DNA from: an uncultured Acidobacteriota bacterium
GTDB taxonomy: Bacteria > Acidobacteriota > JAQAZP01
Assembly (NCBI GenBank): GCA_963836075.1
Contig: CAWIIB010000009.1
Coordinates: 3,330,442-3,394,441 of the forward strand
DNA length: 64,000 bases
Reading direction: 5' to 3'
Positions 34,367 through 44,721 of this stretch are shown piece by piece; position 1 is the first letter of the stretch; each line of letters opens with the position of its first letter. The position numbers were made by a program, and so were the translations under genes. The notes under the pieces were generated by a model that made no database searches, was not told the origin of the DNA, and was given only the letters and a program-made list of their open reading frames with translations.

Positions 34367-36127
34367 ATGTCGATCACGGGCAATGACAAACCAGGGAAGA
34401 TCGAGCACATGCTGGCCGACAGTGATCTCCCCTTCGCTCACCGCAAAATGATGCTCAAACAGCTGATCAAGCACAGCAGCGAGGAGACGGATTCCATACT
34501 GGAGTCGATCCTCAACGGTGGTGAGAACAACAAACTGGACAAGACCCTGGCCCGCAAGGTCAAGTCGTACAACGAGAAGCTCAAGGCGCTGGAGGAGGGC
34601 CCGGTGCGGCCGGGCACCTTTCTTGGCTCCCGCCCGCACAGTAGTGGTGCGGTGACCCGTGTGCAGGTGAGGCTGGAGGACGGCACGACGGTGTTTCCGC
34701 TGCTGCCCCGCCCCCGTCTGCTGCGGGAACTGCGGCGGGGGGACTCCGTGGTGCTGGACGGTCAGGCCCAGGCCGTCATCTCCCGTGAACCCGCCGCTGA
34801 GTGGTCGGGGGAGGTGGCGACCTACGAACGGCGGATCGGTCCGGAGCATGTGGAGATTTCCGTCCGCGGGGACGAGCGCCATGTCTTCGACGCCTCCCAC
34901 GGGGTCATCGATCTGCTGAACCGGGAGAGTGTGGAGCCGGGCCGCCGGTTGCTGATCTGCCAGCGGCGGAAGTTCGTCATGGGGGTCGTGCCCGAGGAGG
35001 AGGGGCGGGTCCACTACCGCTATCTCGACCGGATGGCGGTGCCCGATGTGGTGGCGGAGCGGGACCTGGGAGATCCCCCGGCCTACCTCGACGAACTGAT
35101 GAGTCATCTGCGGATGGAGATGACCAGGCCCGATCTGCGCCGCCGCTACGGTCTGCGCCGCTGCGCGATGAAGCTGCTGGCCGGGATCAGCGGTTCGGGC
35201 AAGAGCTACTCGCTGCTGGCCCTGTGGAATGCGATGTACCAGCTGATGGCCGAAGTGACCGGAGTGCAGGTGGAGGATCTGCCGTCCCGGGTGATGCGCT
35301 TTCGGCCGGCCCAGCTGCTCAGCCACTGGTTCGGGGACAGTGACAGGAATATCGACCGCTTTTTCGGTGAGGTGCACCGGCTGGCCGACGAAAAATTTGC
35401 CGGCCCCGGGGGCAAGGTCTATGAACTGCCGGTGCTGGTGATCCTCGAGGAAGTGGATGGGATGAGCCGTGCCCGGGGGGGTGACGACATCTATGACCGG
35501 ATCATGTCCACCCTGCTGGAACTGCTTGACCCCACACGCCAGGCGCTCAGCGACCGCATGATCATCTTGGTGGGCACCACCAACGTGCCGGAGCAGATCG
35601 ATCCGGCCTTCCTGCGCCGGATCGGGGGGACCATCGAAACCTTTGGCCATCTCAATCGGAGGAATTTCAGGGAGGTGCTGCGCAAGCGGCTGCAGCGGAT
35701 ACCCCTGGCTGCCCGGGACGGAATGGGCGATGACGATCTGCTGCAGGGGATGGTCAACGAACTGACCTCCTGGCTTTTCAGTTCCAACGGAGAGGACCAC
35801 GGCCAGGTGGAGATTTCTCTGGTGGGCTCCGCCGAGCCGCTGGTCCACCGCCGCAGGGACTTTCTCACCGCCGGCATGGTGGACCGGGCCGTACAGCAGG
35901 TGGCCGATCTGGCCTGCACGGAAGAGGATGCCGGCAGCGCCAACCCCGGCCTGACCCCGGCGATGCTGAAAAAGGCGCTGGACCGCCAGGTGCGGGCCAT
36001 TGTGGACCTGCTCAGCCCGGGGAATGTGGGCAACTATCTGCAGTTGCCCGATGGGGTGCGGGTCCAGGGCATCAGGGTCATCGAGCGGCCGGTGATCCAT
36101 TCTTTTGAGCTGGTGCGGGCGAGCTGA
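34367..36127 (+). CDS. Classical-clade AAA+ ATPase with a coiled-coil and OB N-domain (PAN/Mpa/ARC-like architecture)
   Basis: Coiled-coil KLDKTLARKVKSYNEKLKALEEGP is followed by VRPGTFLG...VQVRLEDGTTVFPLL...LRRGDSVVLDG (OB-like). A second OB-like segment follows. Walker A is GISGSGKS, Walker B VLVILEEVDG, SRH ILVGTTNVPEQIDPAFLRRIGG. Confidence 0.8.
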   Translation: MSITGNDKPGKIEHMLADSDLPFAHRKMMLKQLIKHSSEETDSILESILNGGENNKLDKTLARKVKSYNEKLKALEEGPVRPGTFLGSRPHSSGAVTRVQVRLEDGTTVFPLLPRPRLLRELRRGDSVVLDGQAQAVISREPAAEWSGEVATYERRIGPEHVEISVRGDERHVFDASHGVIDLLNRESVEPGRRLLICQRRKFVMGVVPEEEGRVHYRYLDRMAVPDVVAERDLGDPPAYLDELMSHLRMEMTRPDLRRRYGLRRCAMKLLAGISGSGKSYSLLALWNAMYQLMAEVTGVQVEDLPSRVMRFRPAQLLSHWFGDSDRNIDRFFGEVHRLADEKFAGPGGKVYELPVLVILEEVDGMSRARGGDDIYDRIMSTLLELLDPTRQALSDRMIILVGTTNVPEQIDPAFLRRIGGTIETFGHLNRRNFREVLRKRLQRIPLAARDGMGDDDLLQGMVNELTSWLFSSNGEDHGQVEISLVGSAEPLVHRRRDFLTAGMVDRAVQQVADLACTEEDAGSANPGLTPAMLKKALDRQVRAIVDLLSPGNVGNYLQLPDGVRVQGIRVIERPVIHSFELVRAS

Positions 36128-36173
36128 TCCGGAATCGCCGTCCGGACGGGGAAAGATCGAGGAGGAGAGGCAG

Positions 36174-36509
36174 ATGGCCGACGAACGGAGGAGACCGAAA
36201 AGAGAGGAGACCGGGCCAGGTCCCGGTGGCCTCGGTGATGTGTTTGCCGGACCCGAAACGGGCGGGGCGGTAACGGTTTGCCATGGACCGTACAGCGAGG
36301 ATCTGCCGGTGGGCAACATGAGTGTGGGTGAGGTCCGGCGCCGGTTCTCGGACCGCCTGGACATCGACCCCCAGAGCCAGGCGGTGATCGACGGCAACGA
36401 GGTGGACGACAGCACCGTGCTGCGCGGCGGCCAACTGCTGGCCTTTATCCGGCAGGCTGGTGAAAAGGGCGGGAGGAGACGGTCCCACGGGGGAGGATCG
36501 CCATGTTGA
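36174..36509 (+). CDS. Second ubiquitin-like (ThiS/MoaD-type beta-grasp) protein with an internal GG followed by an 11-aa tail
   Basis: RBS GGAGGAGAGG. VTVCHGPYSEDLPVGNMSVGEVRRRFSDRLDIDPQSQAVIDGNEVDDSTVLRGGQLLAFIRQAGEKGG-RRRSHGGGSPC. Overlaps the next gene by 7 nt. Confidence 0.6.
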   Translation: MADERRRPKREETGPGPGGLGDVFAGPETGGAVTVCHGPYSEDLPVGNMSVGEVRRRFSDRLDIDPQSQAVIDGNEVDDSTVLRGGQLLAFIRQAGEKGGRRRSHGGGSPC

Positions 36510-37453
36510 GCAAGCTGGCCGCAAGGCGGGCGGAGGCGCGGTCCGCTTCGCGCCGGCAGACGGTGCACCAGGTGACCATCAAGGGTGAGCTGGTCTCCAC
36601 GGCCACCCCGGAGGGGCAGCCGGTCTGCATGAAACTGAAGGACCTGCTGGGGCTGATCTCGACCCACGGGGATCGATCGCTGGAGACCGGAGGCCTGTTG
36701 CCCGACGGGGTCAAGCTGGTCCGGTCCCGGGGGCCGGTGACCGTCTGGACCTACCAGCGGCCACCCCAGGTGCACAACCTGAGGTGGATCGCCGCCGACT
36801 CTCCCGTGCCGTTCGGAAAGGGCAGCACCTACCGCTCGGTGCGTATCGCGCTGCCCTACCTGGTGGTGCTGGCCGTGTTTATCACCGGGAGGAACAACCG
36901 TCTGCAGCTGTCGCAATACAACGAGTGCTTTTTCCGCAACGAACCTCTGAAGAGTGTTGAGGACCAGCTGTTCTACCCGGCACTGCTCAACTGTTCGAAG
37001 TTCAACCCGCAGGAGGGGCACCCGCTTTCCTGGATCTGCACCGCAAATATGGACCTCAGGCGTCTGGGCCGGCTCCCGGACGAGAACGAACGGATGCGGG
37101 GCAGTATGAATGCTCTGCTGCACTGCCTGCTGGAAACCGGTTACAACCATTCCAGCGAACACCACGAGGAGACAAGCTGGTTCACCGAGTCCGCCACGGT
37201 GGACCCGCGGGTCGCCACCGTCGAGAGGTGGGAGCAGGCCACCGCCAAAGACAGTCTTTTCGTCCTTGACGTCCCCTGGCTCAAAACCGGCAGGAGCCTG
37301 GGGCAGGTGATCGAAAGGATATTCGACAATGCCGGCAGTTCCCGCGGACGGCTGGCCACTTCCAATGACCTGATGCGGCTGATGGCCAACAACAGCGAGC
37401 GGCTGCCGGCGAAGGAAGAAGCGCAGGGGGTATTTATCGATGAACTGTTCTGA
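36503..37453 (+). CDS. Candidate prokaryotic E2-like protein (assigned mainly by position in the Ubl-E2-JAB-E1 order)
   Basis: 316 aa and translationally coupled on both sides. Candidate active-site region LFYPALLNCSKFNPQEGHPLSWICTAN. No canonical HPN motif. Confidence 0.4.
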   Translation: MLSKLAARRAEARSASRRQTVHQVTIKGELVSTATPEGQPVCMKLKDLLGLISTHGDRSLETGGLLPDGVKLVRSRGPVTVWTYQRPPQVHNLRWIAADSPVPFGKGSTYRSVRIALPYLVVLAVFITGRNNRLQLSQYNECFFRNEPLKSVEDQLFYPALLNCSKFNPQEGHPLSWICTANMDLRRLGRLPDENERMRGSMNALLHCLLETGYNHSSEHHEETSWFTESATVDPRVATVERWEQATAKDSLFVLDVPWLKTGRSLGQVIERIFDNAGSSRGRLATSNDLMRLMANNSERLPAKEEAQGVFIDELF

Positions 37454-38348
37454 GGACAGACTGCTCACGCCGATCTACCTGCGGACGAGCGAGGAGATGC
37501 ACTGGCCGGAGGACACGGTGTTTTACATGCTCACCGGCAGCGGTCTCTTTCTCTGCCGCAACAACGAGCACTTCCGCAGCTGTGTTCCGGCCCGCGGCTG
37601 GCCCGGGGAACTGCCCGGTCAGGAAAAGTTCCTCGATCTGCACTATCCCCGGCTGCCCCGGCGGCTGCTGGAACGGGCGGTGGGCTTTTTCGAAGCGGTG
37701 GGGCGCAAACACGATGCGGAAGCGGCACTGCTCCTGGCCTGGGACAGCGAGCGCGAGGTTTACCGCCTGGTGATTCCCCGGCAGCGTTGTACCGTGTACC
37801 TCAACTGGCAGGGGGACACCTCGCCCCAGGGCGTGCACTACGACCTTCCGGAACGCGTGCCCGAGACCTGGATCATTGTTGGCGACATCCACAGCCACGT
37901 CGATTTTTCGGCATACTCCTCGGCCACCGACCAGCACGACGAGCACTACCGCACTGGTCTGCACATCGTGGTGGGCCGCATCTACGACGAGCCGCCCCAG
38001 TTTCATGTGGAAGCCACGGTGGACGGTATGCGCTTTCCCGTCCAGCCGGAGGATATTTTCGAGGGCTACGATTCCCGGAGAAGCGATTTCCCCGAGCAGT
38101 GGTTCGACTGGCTGAAGATCGAACTCGGTTCCGCTTTCACATACTCGGACAGCAGCAAATGGAGTTCCGGCACTGGTTCCTCCGGCTGCAGCGGCCATGG
38201 CCACACGGCCTGTTCACCGATGCCGGCCCCCCGGGGCGGTACCACCGGTTATTCGGTCGCTCCGCTGGAAACGTATCGCAGTTCGGGAAACGGCGGGAAA
38301 AAGAAGGGCGGTGGCCGCAACCGTGACGGCCGGGGGAAACGTCGATGA
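37440..38348 (+). CDS. JAB/MPN (JAMM) metalloprotease with a Gly/Lys/Arg-rich tail
   Basis: EAALLLAW... and an exact JAMM spacing, H-S-H-VDFSAYS-S-AT-D. Overlaps the upstream gene by 14 nt and the downstream gene by ATGA. Confidence 0.8.
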   Translation: MNCSEDRLLTPIYLRTSEEMHWPEDTVFYMLTGSGLFLCRNNEHFRSCVPARGWPGELPGQEKFLDLHYPRLPRRLLERAVGFFEAVGRKHDAEAALLLAWDSEREVYRLVIPRQRCTVYLNWQGDTSPQGVHYDLPERVPETWIIVGDIHSHVDFSAYSSATDQHDEHYRTGLHIVVGRIYDEPPQFHVEATVDGMRFPVQPEDIFEGYDSRRSDFPEQWFDWLKIELGSAFTYSDSSKWSSGTGSSGCSGHGHTACSPMPAPRGGTTGYSVAPLETYRSSGNGGKKKGGGRNRDGRGKRR

Positions 38349-39175
38349 GCGGGGTCGGGAGGGAACAGGTGGTTCTGATGCCCGCTCTGGCCGACCACAC
38401 GGCGGTCAAAATCATCGGTCTGGGCGGAGTGGGCGGCATCGTGGCCCGCTACCTGTCCATCTTCCTCGCCTCGCTGGACCGCGACCTGCGGCTGGTGCTC
38501 ATCGACGGCGACGAGTTCGAGCCGTCCAATGCCACACGGATGCTGTTCTCCGATCACGGCAACAAGGCCGCGGTCACTCGCGCCGAACTCCGGGAACGCT
38601 TTGCCGACACGTCCCTCATGCTGACTGCCGTGGAGCAGTATGTGAAGCCGGACAACATTCACCGCCTGATTCAGAATGATGACGTGGTCATCCTGGCCGT
38701 GGACAACCACGCCACGCGAAAGCTGGTCAGCGAGCACTGCCGGAGCCAGTTGAACGACGTGTGCCTGATCTCGGGGGGGAATGACGGCGTGGGCCCCGAC
38801 GGGTCGGGTTCCCGGCGGCGGGGCACATACGGCAACTGCCAGATTTATTTGCGCCGGGGCGGCCGGGATCTATGTCCCCCGATCACCCGGTATCATCCCG
38901 AGATCCGGGAACCGGCGGATCACAGCCCCGCCGAGGAGAACTGCACCGAACTGATCAAGTCGGTGCCGCAGATCCTGTTCGCTAACCTGGCCGCGGCATC
39001 GGCCATCCTCAACGCCTTCTGGCTCCATTGCTGCTCCGCGCTGCACTACAGCGAACTCAGCTTCGACATTGCCGATGGTCTGATGCGGCCCATGCCCCTG
39101 CCGGCCCCTCTCGTCATCGCGAGGAGCCCGAAGGGTGAAGCGGCGCTCTCTTCGGATGTCTTTCCGGTTCAATGA
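38345..39175 (+). CDS. ThiF-family E1-like protein (PRTRC/Bil-type)
   Basis: VKIIGLGGVGGIVARYL...LVLIDGDEFEPSNATRMLF...VILAVDNHATRKL. Confidence 0.8.
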   Translation: MSGVGREQVVLMPALADHTAVKIIGLGGVGGIVARYLSIFLASLDRDLRLVLIDGDEFEPSNATRMLFSDHGNKAAVTRAELRERFADTSLMLTAVEQYVKPDNIHRLIQNDDVVILAVDNHATRKLVSEHCRSQLNDVCLISGGNDGVGPDGSGSRRRGTYGNCQIYLRRGGRDLCPPITRYHPEIREPADHSPAEENCTELIKSVPQILFANLAAASAILNAFWLHCCSALHYSELSFDIADGLMRPMPLPAPLVIARSPKGEAALSSDVFPVQ

Positions 39176-39216
39176 GATTGCTTCGTCGCCGTCTTCGACG
39201 GCTCCTCGCAATGACA
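39176..39216. repeat. REP-like palindromic element ending in the 12-mer CTCGCAATGACA
   Basis: GATTGCTTCGTCGCCGTCTTCGACGGCTCCTCGCAATGACA lies directly after the operon stop. The same 12-mer occurs at 51806-51817 and inverted at 51763-51774, with a partial copy at 39272-39282. Confidence 0.6.
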
Positions 39217-39294
39217 GCGAGAGAACGAATGTTTCTTCCGCTGACTTCCCGTGGCCCCCGAGGGGCGGGGACTCGCAATGAGCTGCGCAGGGTG

Positions 39295-40059
39295 TCAGCC
39301 GTCGAGGAGGATACTTGAGCAGGTGAGCCCCGATTCGGCCTTGAGCAGCTCGGAGATGTCCACCGTCTTCACCTGGAAACCTGCCGCGCGGACTGCGGAG
39401 ATGGTCCGCCCGAACTCCCGGTGGAGGCAGACAAAGCGGCCGGCCCGGAGGGCGTTGGCCGCCTCGGCTTCGTCGTCATCCACTGGAATGACGGTGAAAC
39501 CGGCGAAGGGGCCGGGGTCGAAAAGGCCCTGGCGGGCCAGCAGGGTCTGGTCGTCCAGAGCGGAGACCGCCGACTTGAGGTGCAGGCAGCCTTTCATGGT
39601 CACCGGGACCACCGTGTAGCCGTGGGGCGACAGCAGGCGGGACAACTGGTCGATCCCGTCCTGGTTGGTGCGCGCGGAGAGGCCGACATAGAGGGTCCGG
39701 CCCACACGGAGCACGTCGCCGCCTTCCAGGGTGCCCGGCTCCACGATCCGTTCCAGCGGTCGGTAACCGGCCAGCACCGGCTCAATACCGGCCACCTCAC
39801 CGCGCCGGGACAGGACGCCCGGCCGGGCAAGCACGGCCAGTTCATCCACCACCACTGCCGTGTCCTCGATGAACGTGCAGTCGGGGTGCGCAATGTTGAC
39901 ATCGGTTTCCAGCACCTGGTACCCGCAATCCTCGAGCATCCGGCGGTAGCCGGCATGCTGGGCCCGTGCCAGTTCGAGGTTGATCGGCTCCCGTCGGCGG
40001 AAGCTCAGCTCGCAGCGGTTGATCCGGGGTGAGACCACGTGGGTCAGGGCAATATTCAT
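39295..40059 (-). CDS. Dimethylarginine dimethylaminohydrolase/amidinotransferase-family protein
   Basis: 254 aa with the DDAH-like pattern (FIEDTAVVVD, EGGDVLRVG, C-terminal GLTCSSIL with a catalytic Cys). Confidence 0.7.
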   Translation of the reverse strand: MNIALTHVVSPRINRCELSFRRREPINLELARAQHAGYRRMLEDCGYQVLETDVNIAHPDCTFIEDTAVVVDELAVLARPGVLSRRGEVAGIEPVLAGYRPLERIVEPGTLEGGDVLRVGRTLYVGLSARTNQDGIDQLSRLLSPHGYTVVPVTMKGCLHLKSAVSALDDQTLLARQGLFDPGPFAGFTVIPVDDDEAEAANALRAGRFVCLHREFGRTISAVRAAGFQVKTVDISELLKAESGLTCSSILLDG

Positions 40060-41966
40060 GGGGTATCTCCGGAACCTTCGCCGGCCTCCCGTTTCAATTC
40101 CAGCTCCTGCCAGCGGTCGTAGACCGCAGCCAGTTCCGTCTCCAGCTCAGCCAGCCGGGCGGTGTCCCGGGCAATCTCTCCGGCCGGGGAGCGGTAGTAG
40201 TCCTGCTCCTCCATCCGGGTAAAGAGCCCCTGCTGCTCCCGCTCCAGCTTCTCGATCCGATCGGGCAGGGCGTCCAGCTCCCGCTGGTCCTTGTAGCCCA
40301 GCTTGCCCGGCTTTGTCTTGCGTGGCGGGCGGGGGTGTGCGGCTTTTTTGGCCGCGGCGGCGGGTGCCGCGGCGGCGGGTGGCCGCTGGCGCAGCCAGTC
40401 GTCATACCCGCCCACGTATTCGGTCACCCGGCCCTGGCCTTCAAAGACCATGGTGCTGGTCACCACGTTGTTCAGAAACGTCCGGTCGTGGCTCACCAGC
40501 AGCAGTGTGCCGCTGTACTCCATGAGCAGCTCCTCCAGCAGTTCGAGGGTCTCCAGGTCGAGGTCATTGGTCGGCTCGTCCAGCACCAGTACGTTGGAGG
40601 GACGGGCCAGGAGCCGGGCCAGGAGCAGACGGCTCCGTTCGCCGCCGGAGAGGGCATTCACCGGAGTGTTGGCCCGTTCGGGAGAGAAGAGAAAGCGTTG
40701 CAGGTAGCCCATCACCTGGTGCTGCCGGCCGCCGAGGGTGAATACATCGGCGCCACCGGCGATATTGTCCTTCACCGAGCGGTTTTCTTCCAACTGCTCC
40801 CGCAACTGGTCGAACCGGGACACTTCGAGATTCACCCCGTGCCGGACATGGCCCTGATCCGGGGGCAGCAGGCCCAGCAGCAGGCCGAGCAGGGTGGTTT
40901 TGCCCGAGCCGTTGGGCCCGATCAGCCCCACCCGGTCACCGCGCATCACGAGGGTGGAAAAATCGTGCACCACCGGATTGCCGTCCCAGGCGTAGGAGAT
41001 TCCCCGGGCCTCGAAGACCAGCTTACCGGTGCGCTGCGCCTCTTCCACCAGCATATCCACCGTACCGGTCTGTTCCCGGCGGGCTTCCCGCTGAGCGCGC
41101 ATCGTCTCCAGGGCGCGGACCCGCCCCTCGTCCCGTGTCCGGCGGGCCTTTATGCCCTTGCGGATCCACTGTTCCTCTCTGGCCAGGCGCCGGTCGAACT
41201 CGGCGTTACGGCCCTCTTCGGCCTCCAGATCCTCGGCCCGGCGTTTGAGGAAGGTACTGTAATCGCAGTTCCAGTCGTGGATTGTCCCCCGGTCCAGTTC
41301 CACCACCCGGGTGGCCAGCCGGCTGAGAAAGGCGCGGTCGTGGCTGACGAAGAGCAGCGCGGATGTCGAATCGGCCAGGAACTGCTCCAGCCAGGTGATG
41401 GTGGCCAGGTCGAGGTGGTTGGTGGGCTCGTCCAGCAGCAGCAGGTCCGGTTCGCTCACCAGGGCCCGGGCCAGCAGCGCCCTGCGGGTCAGACCGGCGG
41501 AGAGGCTGGAGCAGGGGGCGTCGGGGTCGAGGCTCATTCTGGAGATCACCCGGTCCGCCTTTTGCCGGACCTGCCAGCCGTCTTCGCTGTCCAGTTGCTG
41601 TTGCACCTCGGCCAGGCGGTCCATGGCTCCGCCGCCCGACTCCAGTTCGCTGCTCAAGCGGCGATACTCGGCGAGCAGTTCGCCCGTCGGTCCGAGGCCG
41701 GTGGTGACCAGGTCGTGGAGCGTTCCTTCGAGGCTCAGTGGCACGTCCTGGGCCAACAGGGCCGTGGTCAGGCCCTGGCGGCGGGCCACCGCACCGCCAT
41801 CGGGCTTCAACTGGCCGTCAATGAGCCTCATCAGGCTGGTTTTTCCGGCACCGTTGCGGCCCAGCAGGCAGACCCGTTCCCCCTCGCTGATCCGCAGGTT
41901 GGCTCCCTCGAGCAGCCGCGGACCGCCAAAGGCGAGATCCACGTTCTGGAGACTGGTCAGCCACAT
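40056..41966 (-). CDS. ABC-F ATPase (Uup-like) with a C-terminal coiled coil
   Basis: Two ABC cassettes (GRNGAGKTS, GPNGSGKTT; LSGGE signatures) and no TM domain. Confidence 0.85.
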   Translation of the reverse strand: MWLTSLQNVDLAFGGPRLLEGANLRISEGERVCLLGRNGAGKTSLMRLIDGQLKPDGGAVARRQGLTTALLAQDVPLSLEGTLHDLVTTGLGPTGELLAEYRRLSSELESGGGAMDRLAEVQQQLDSEDGWQVRQKADRVISRMSLDPDAPCSSLSAGLTRRALLARALVSEPDLLLLDEPTNHLDLATITWLEQFLADSTSALLFVSHDRAFLSRLATRVVELDRGTIHDWNCDYSTFLKRRAEDLEAEEGRNAEFDRRLAREEQWIRKGIKARRTRDEGRVRALETMRAQREARREQTGTVDMLVEEAQRTGKLVFEARGISYAWDGNPVVHDFSTLVMRGDRVGLIGPNGSGKTTLLGLLLGLLPPDQGHVRHGVNLEVSRFDQLREQLEENRSVKDNIAGGADVFTLGGRQHQVMGYLQRFLFSPERANTPVNALSGGERSRLLLARLLARPSNVLVLDEPTNDLDLETLELLEELLMEYSGTLLLVSHDRTFLNNVVTSTMVFEGQGRVTEYVGGYDDWLRQRPPAAAAPAAAAKKAAHPRPPRKTKPGKLGYKDQRELDALPDRIEKLEREQQGLFTRMEEQDYYRSPAGEIARDTARLAELETELAAVYDRWQELELKREAGEGSGDTP

Positions 41967-41993
41967 GGGTCTGGTTGAACGCTCGGTATCGGG

Positions 41994-43679
<1,686 letters not shown>

Positions 43680-43831
43680 TGGTGTTTCCTGATAGTAGGT
43701 GGTGAAAAAGCTTTCAGACGATTGCCAGGGGCCTTCTTATACCCTGTTTCGCCGCATGGATACCAGTGGCTGGCGGATGGCGGAAGCCCGGTGTGCAGTT
43801 CGGGTGTCGGGTGGGGGACGCCGGCCGGCAG

Positions 43832-44167
43832 TCAGTTGCCCTTGCCGGTCTCCCGTTTGAGGATCCGGTTGGAGATCCGGAAGTGGGAACCGCTCCAGGC
43901 CGCCTTGCCGTCACGGACCACGATCACCTGGGGTGAGTGGTGCTCAACGCCAAGACGCCCGGCCACCTCTTGGGCAAGATCTTTCCCTTCAACGGAATCC
44001 AACTGGTAGACCGCGACCTCCGGGTGCTCGGTGGCAAACTCGCGCACCTGCCGTTCAGCCTTGGTACAGATCCAGCAGCGGCTACTGTGCTTGTAGATCA
44101 CCGACAGCTCGGCGTCGAGGGCCTCGTCCAGTGTTTCTTCGTTGACCAGCGGTTTCAACGGCATCAC
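43832..44167 (-). CDS. ytxJ: YtxJ-family thioredoxin-fold redox protein (DUF2847)
   Basis: VIYKHSSRCWIC...GVEHHSPQVIVVRDGKAAWSGSHFRI matches the YtxJ pattern. Confidence 0.7.
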   Translation of the reverse strand: MMPLKPLVNEETLDEALDAELSVIYKHSSRCWICTKAERQVREFATEHPEVAVYQLDSVEGKDLAQEVAGRLGVEHHSPQVIVVRDGKAAWSGSHFRISNRILKRETGKGN

Positions 44168-44235
44168 GGGGCTCCTCCTTTCGGTTGCACGGCGGCGGGG
44201 GGGGGAGGGTTCTCCGGGATCCGCGCCGCACTGGA

Positions 44236-44721
44236 TCAGGCCTCGGTGATGGTCACCGAGGTCAAGGTATCGTTCTGCTGGATTGCGTCAACCACATCCT
44301 CGCCGCTGGTCACCTTGCCGAAGACCTTGTGGTGGCCGTCGAGGTGCGGCTGAGGCGAGTGGGTGATGAAGAACTGGCTGCCGTTGGTGTTCGGTCCGGC
44401 GTTGGCCATGGAGATCACGCACCTTTCGTGCTTCAGGTCTCCGGGGCCGAACTCGTCATTGAAGCGGTAGCCGGGGCCACCTCGGCCGGTGCCGGTGGGG
44501 TCGCCGCCCTGAACCATGAAGTTGGCGATCACCCGGTGAAAGACCAGGTTGTCATAGAACCCCTCACGGGCCAGAAAGACAAAGTTGTTCACCGCGGTGG
44601 GTGCCGCTTTGGGGTCCAGAGCCAGCTGGATCGTGCCCCGACTGGTTTCCATAGTTGCCTGATAGGTCTTGTCGGCATCGATCTGCATTGCCGGTGGATT
44701 GCTCCACTGCTTGGGAGGCAT
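44236..44721 (-). CDS. Cyclophilin-type peptidyl-prolyl cis-trans isomerase
   Basis: [25 protein letters not shown] and [15 protein letters not shown]. Confidence 0.9.
   Translation of the reverse strand: MPPKQWSNPPAMQIDADKTYQATMETSRGTIQLALDPKAAPTAVNNFVFLAREGFYDNLVFHRVIANFMVQGGDPTGTGRGGPGYRFNDEFGPGDLKHERCVISMANAGPNTNGSQFFITHSPQPHLDGHHKVFGKVTSGEDVVDAIQQNDTLTSVTITEA

Noticed and set aside
34196-37468. A 1090-aa ORF on the minus strand, antisense to the AAA+/Ubl/E2-like genes.
   Set aside because: Its translation is Pro/Arg/Gly/His-rich low complexity with no motifs. The plus strand encodes proteins with clear Walker A/B, SRH and beta-grasp features, RBSs and coupled starts. This is a typical GC-rich antisense open frame.
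27051-39294. Calling the HTH gene plus the Ubl operon a mobile genomic island.
   Set aside because: There is a compositional break and a REP-like element at one edge. However, no integrase, transposase, tRNA target or flanking direct repeats were found in the window. Mobility is therefore unsupported.
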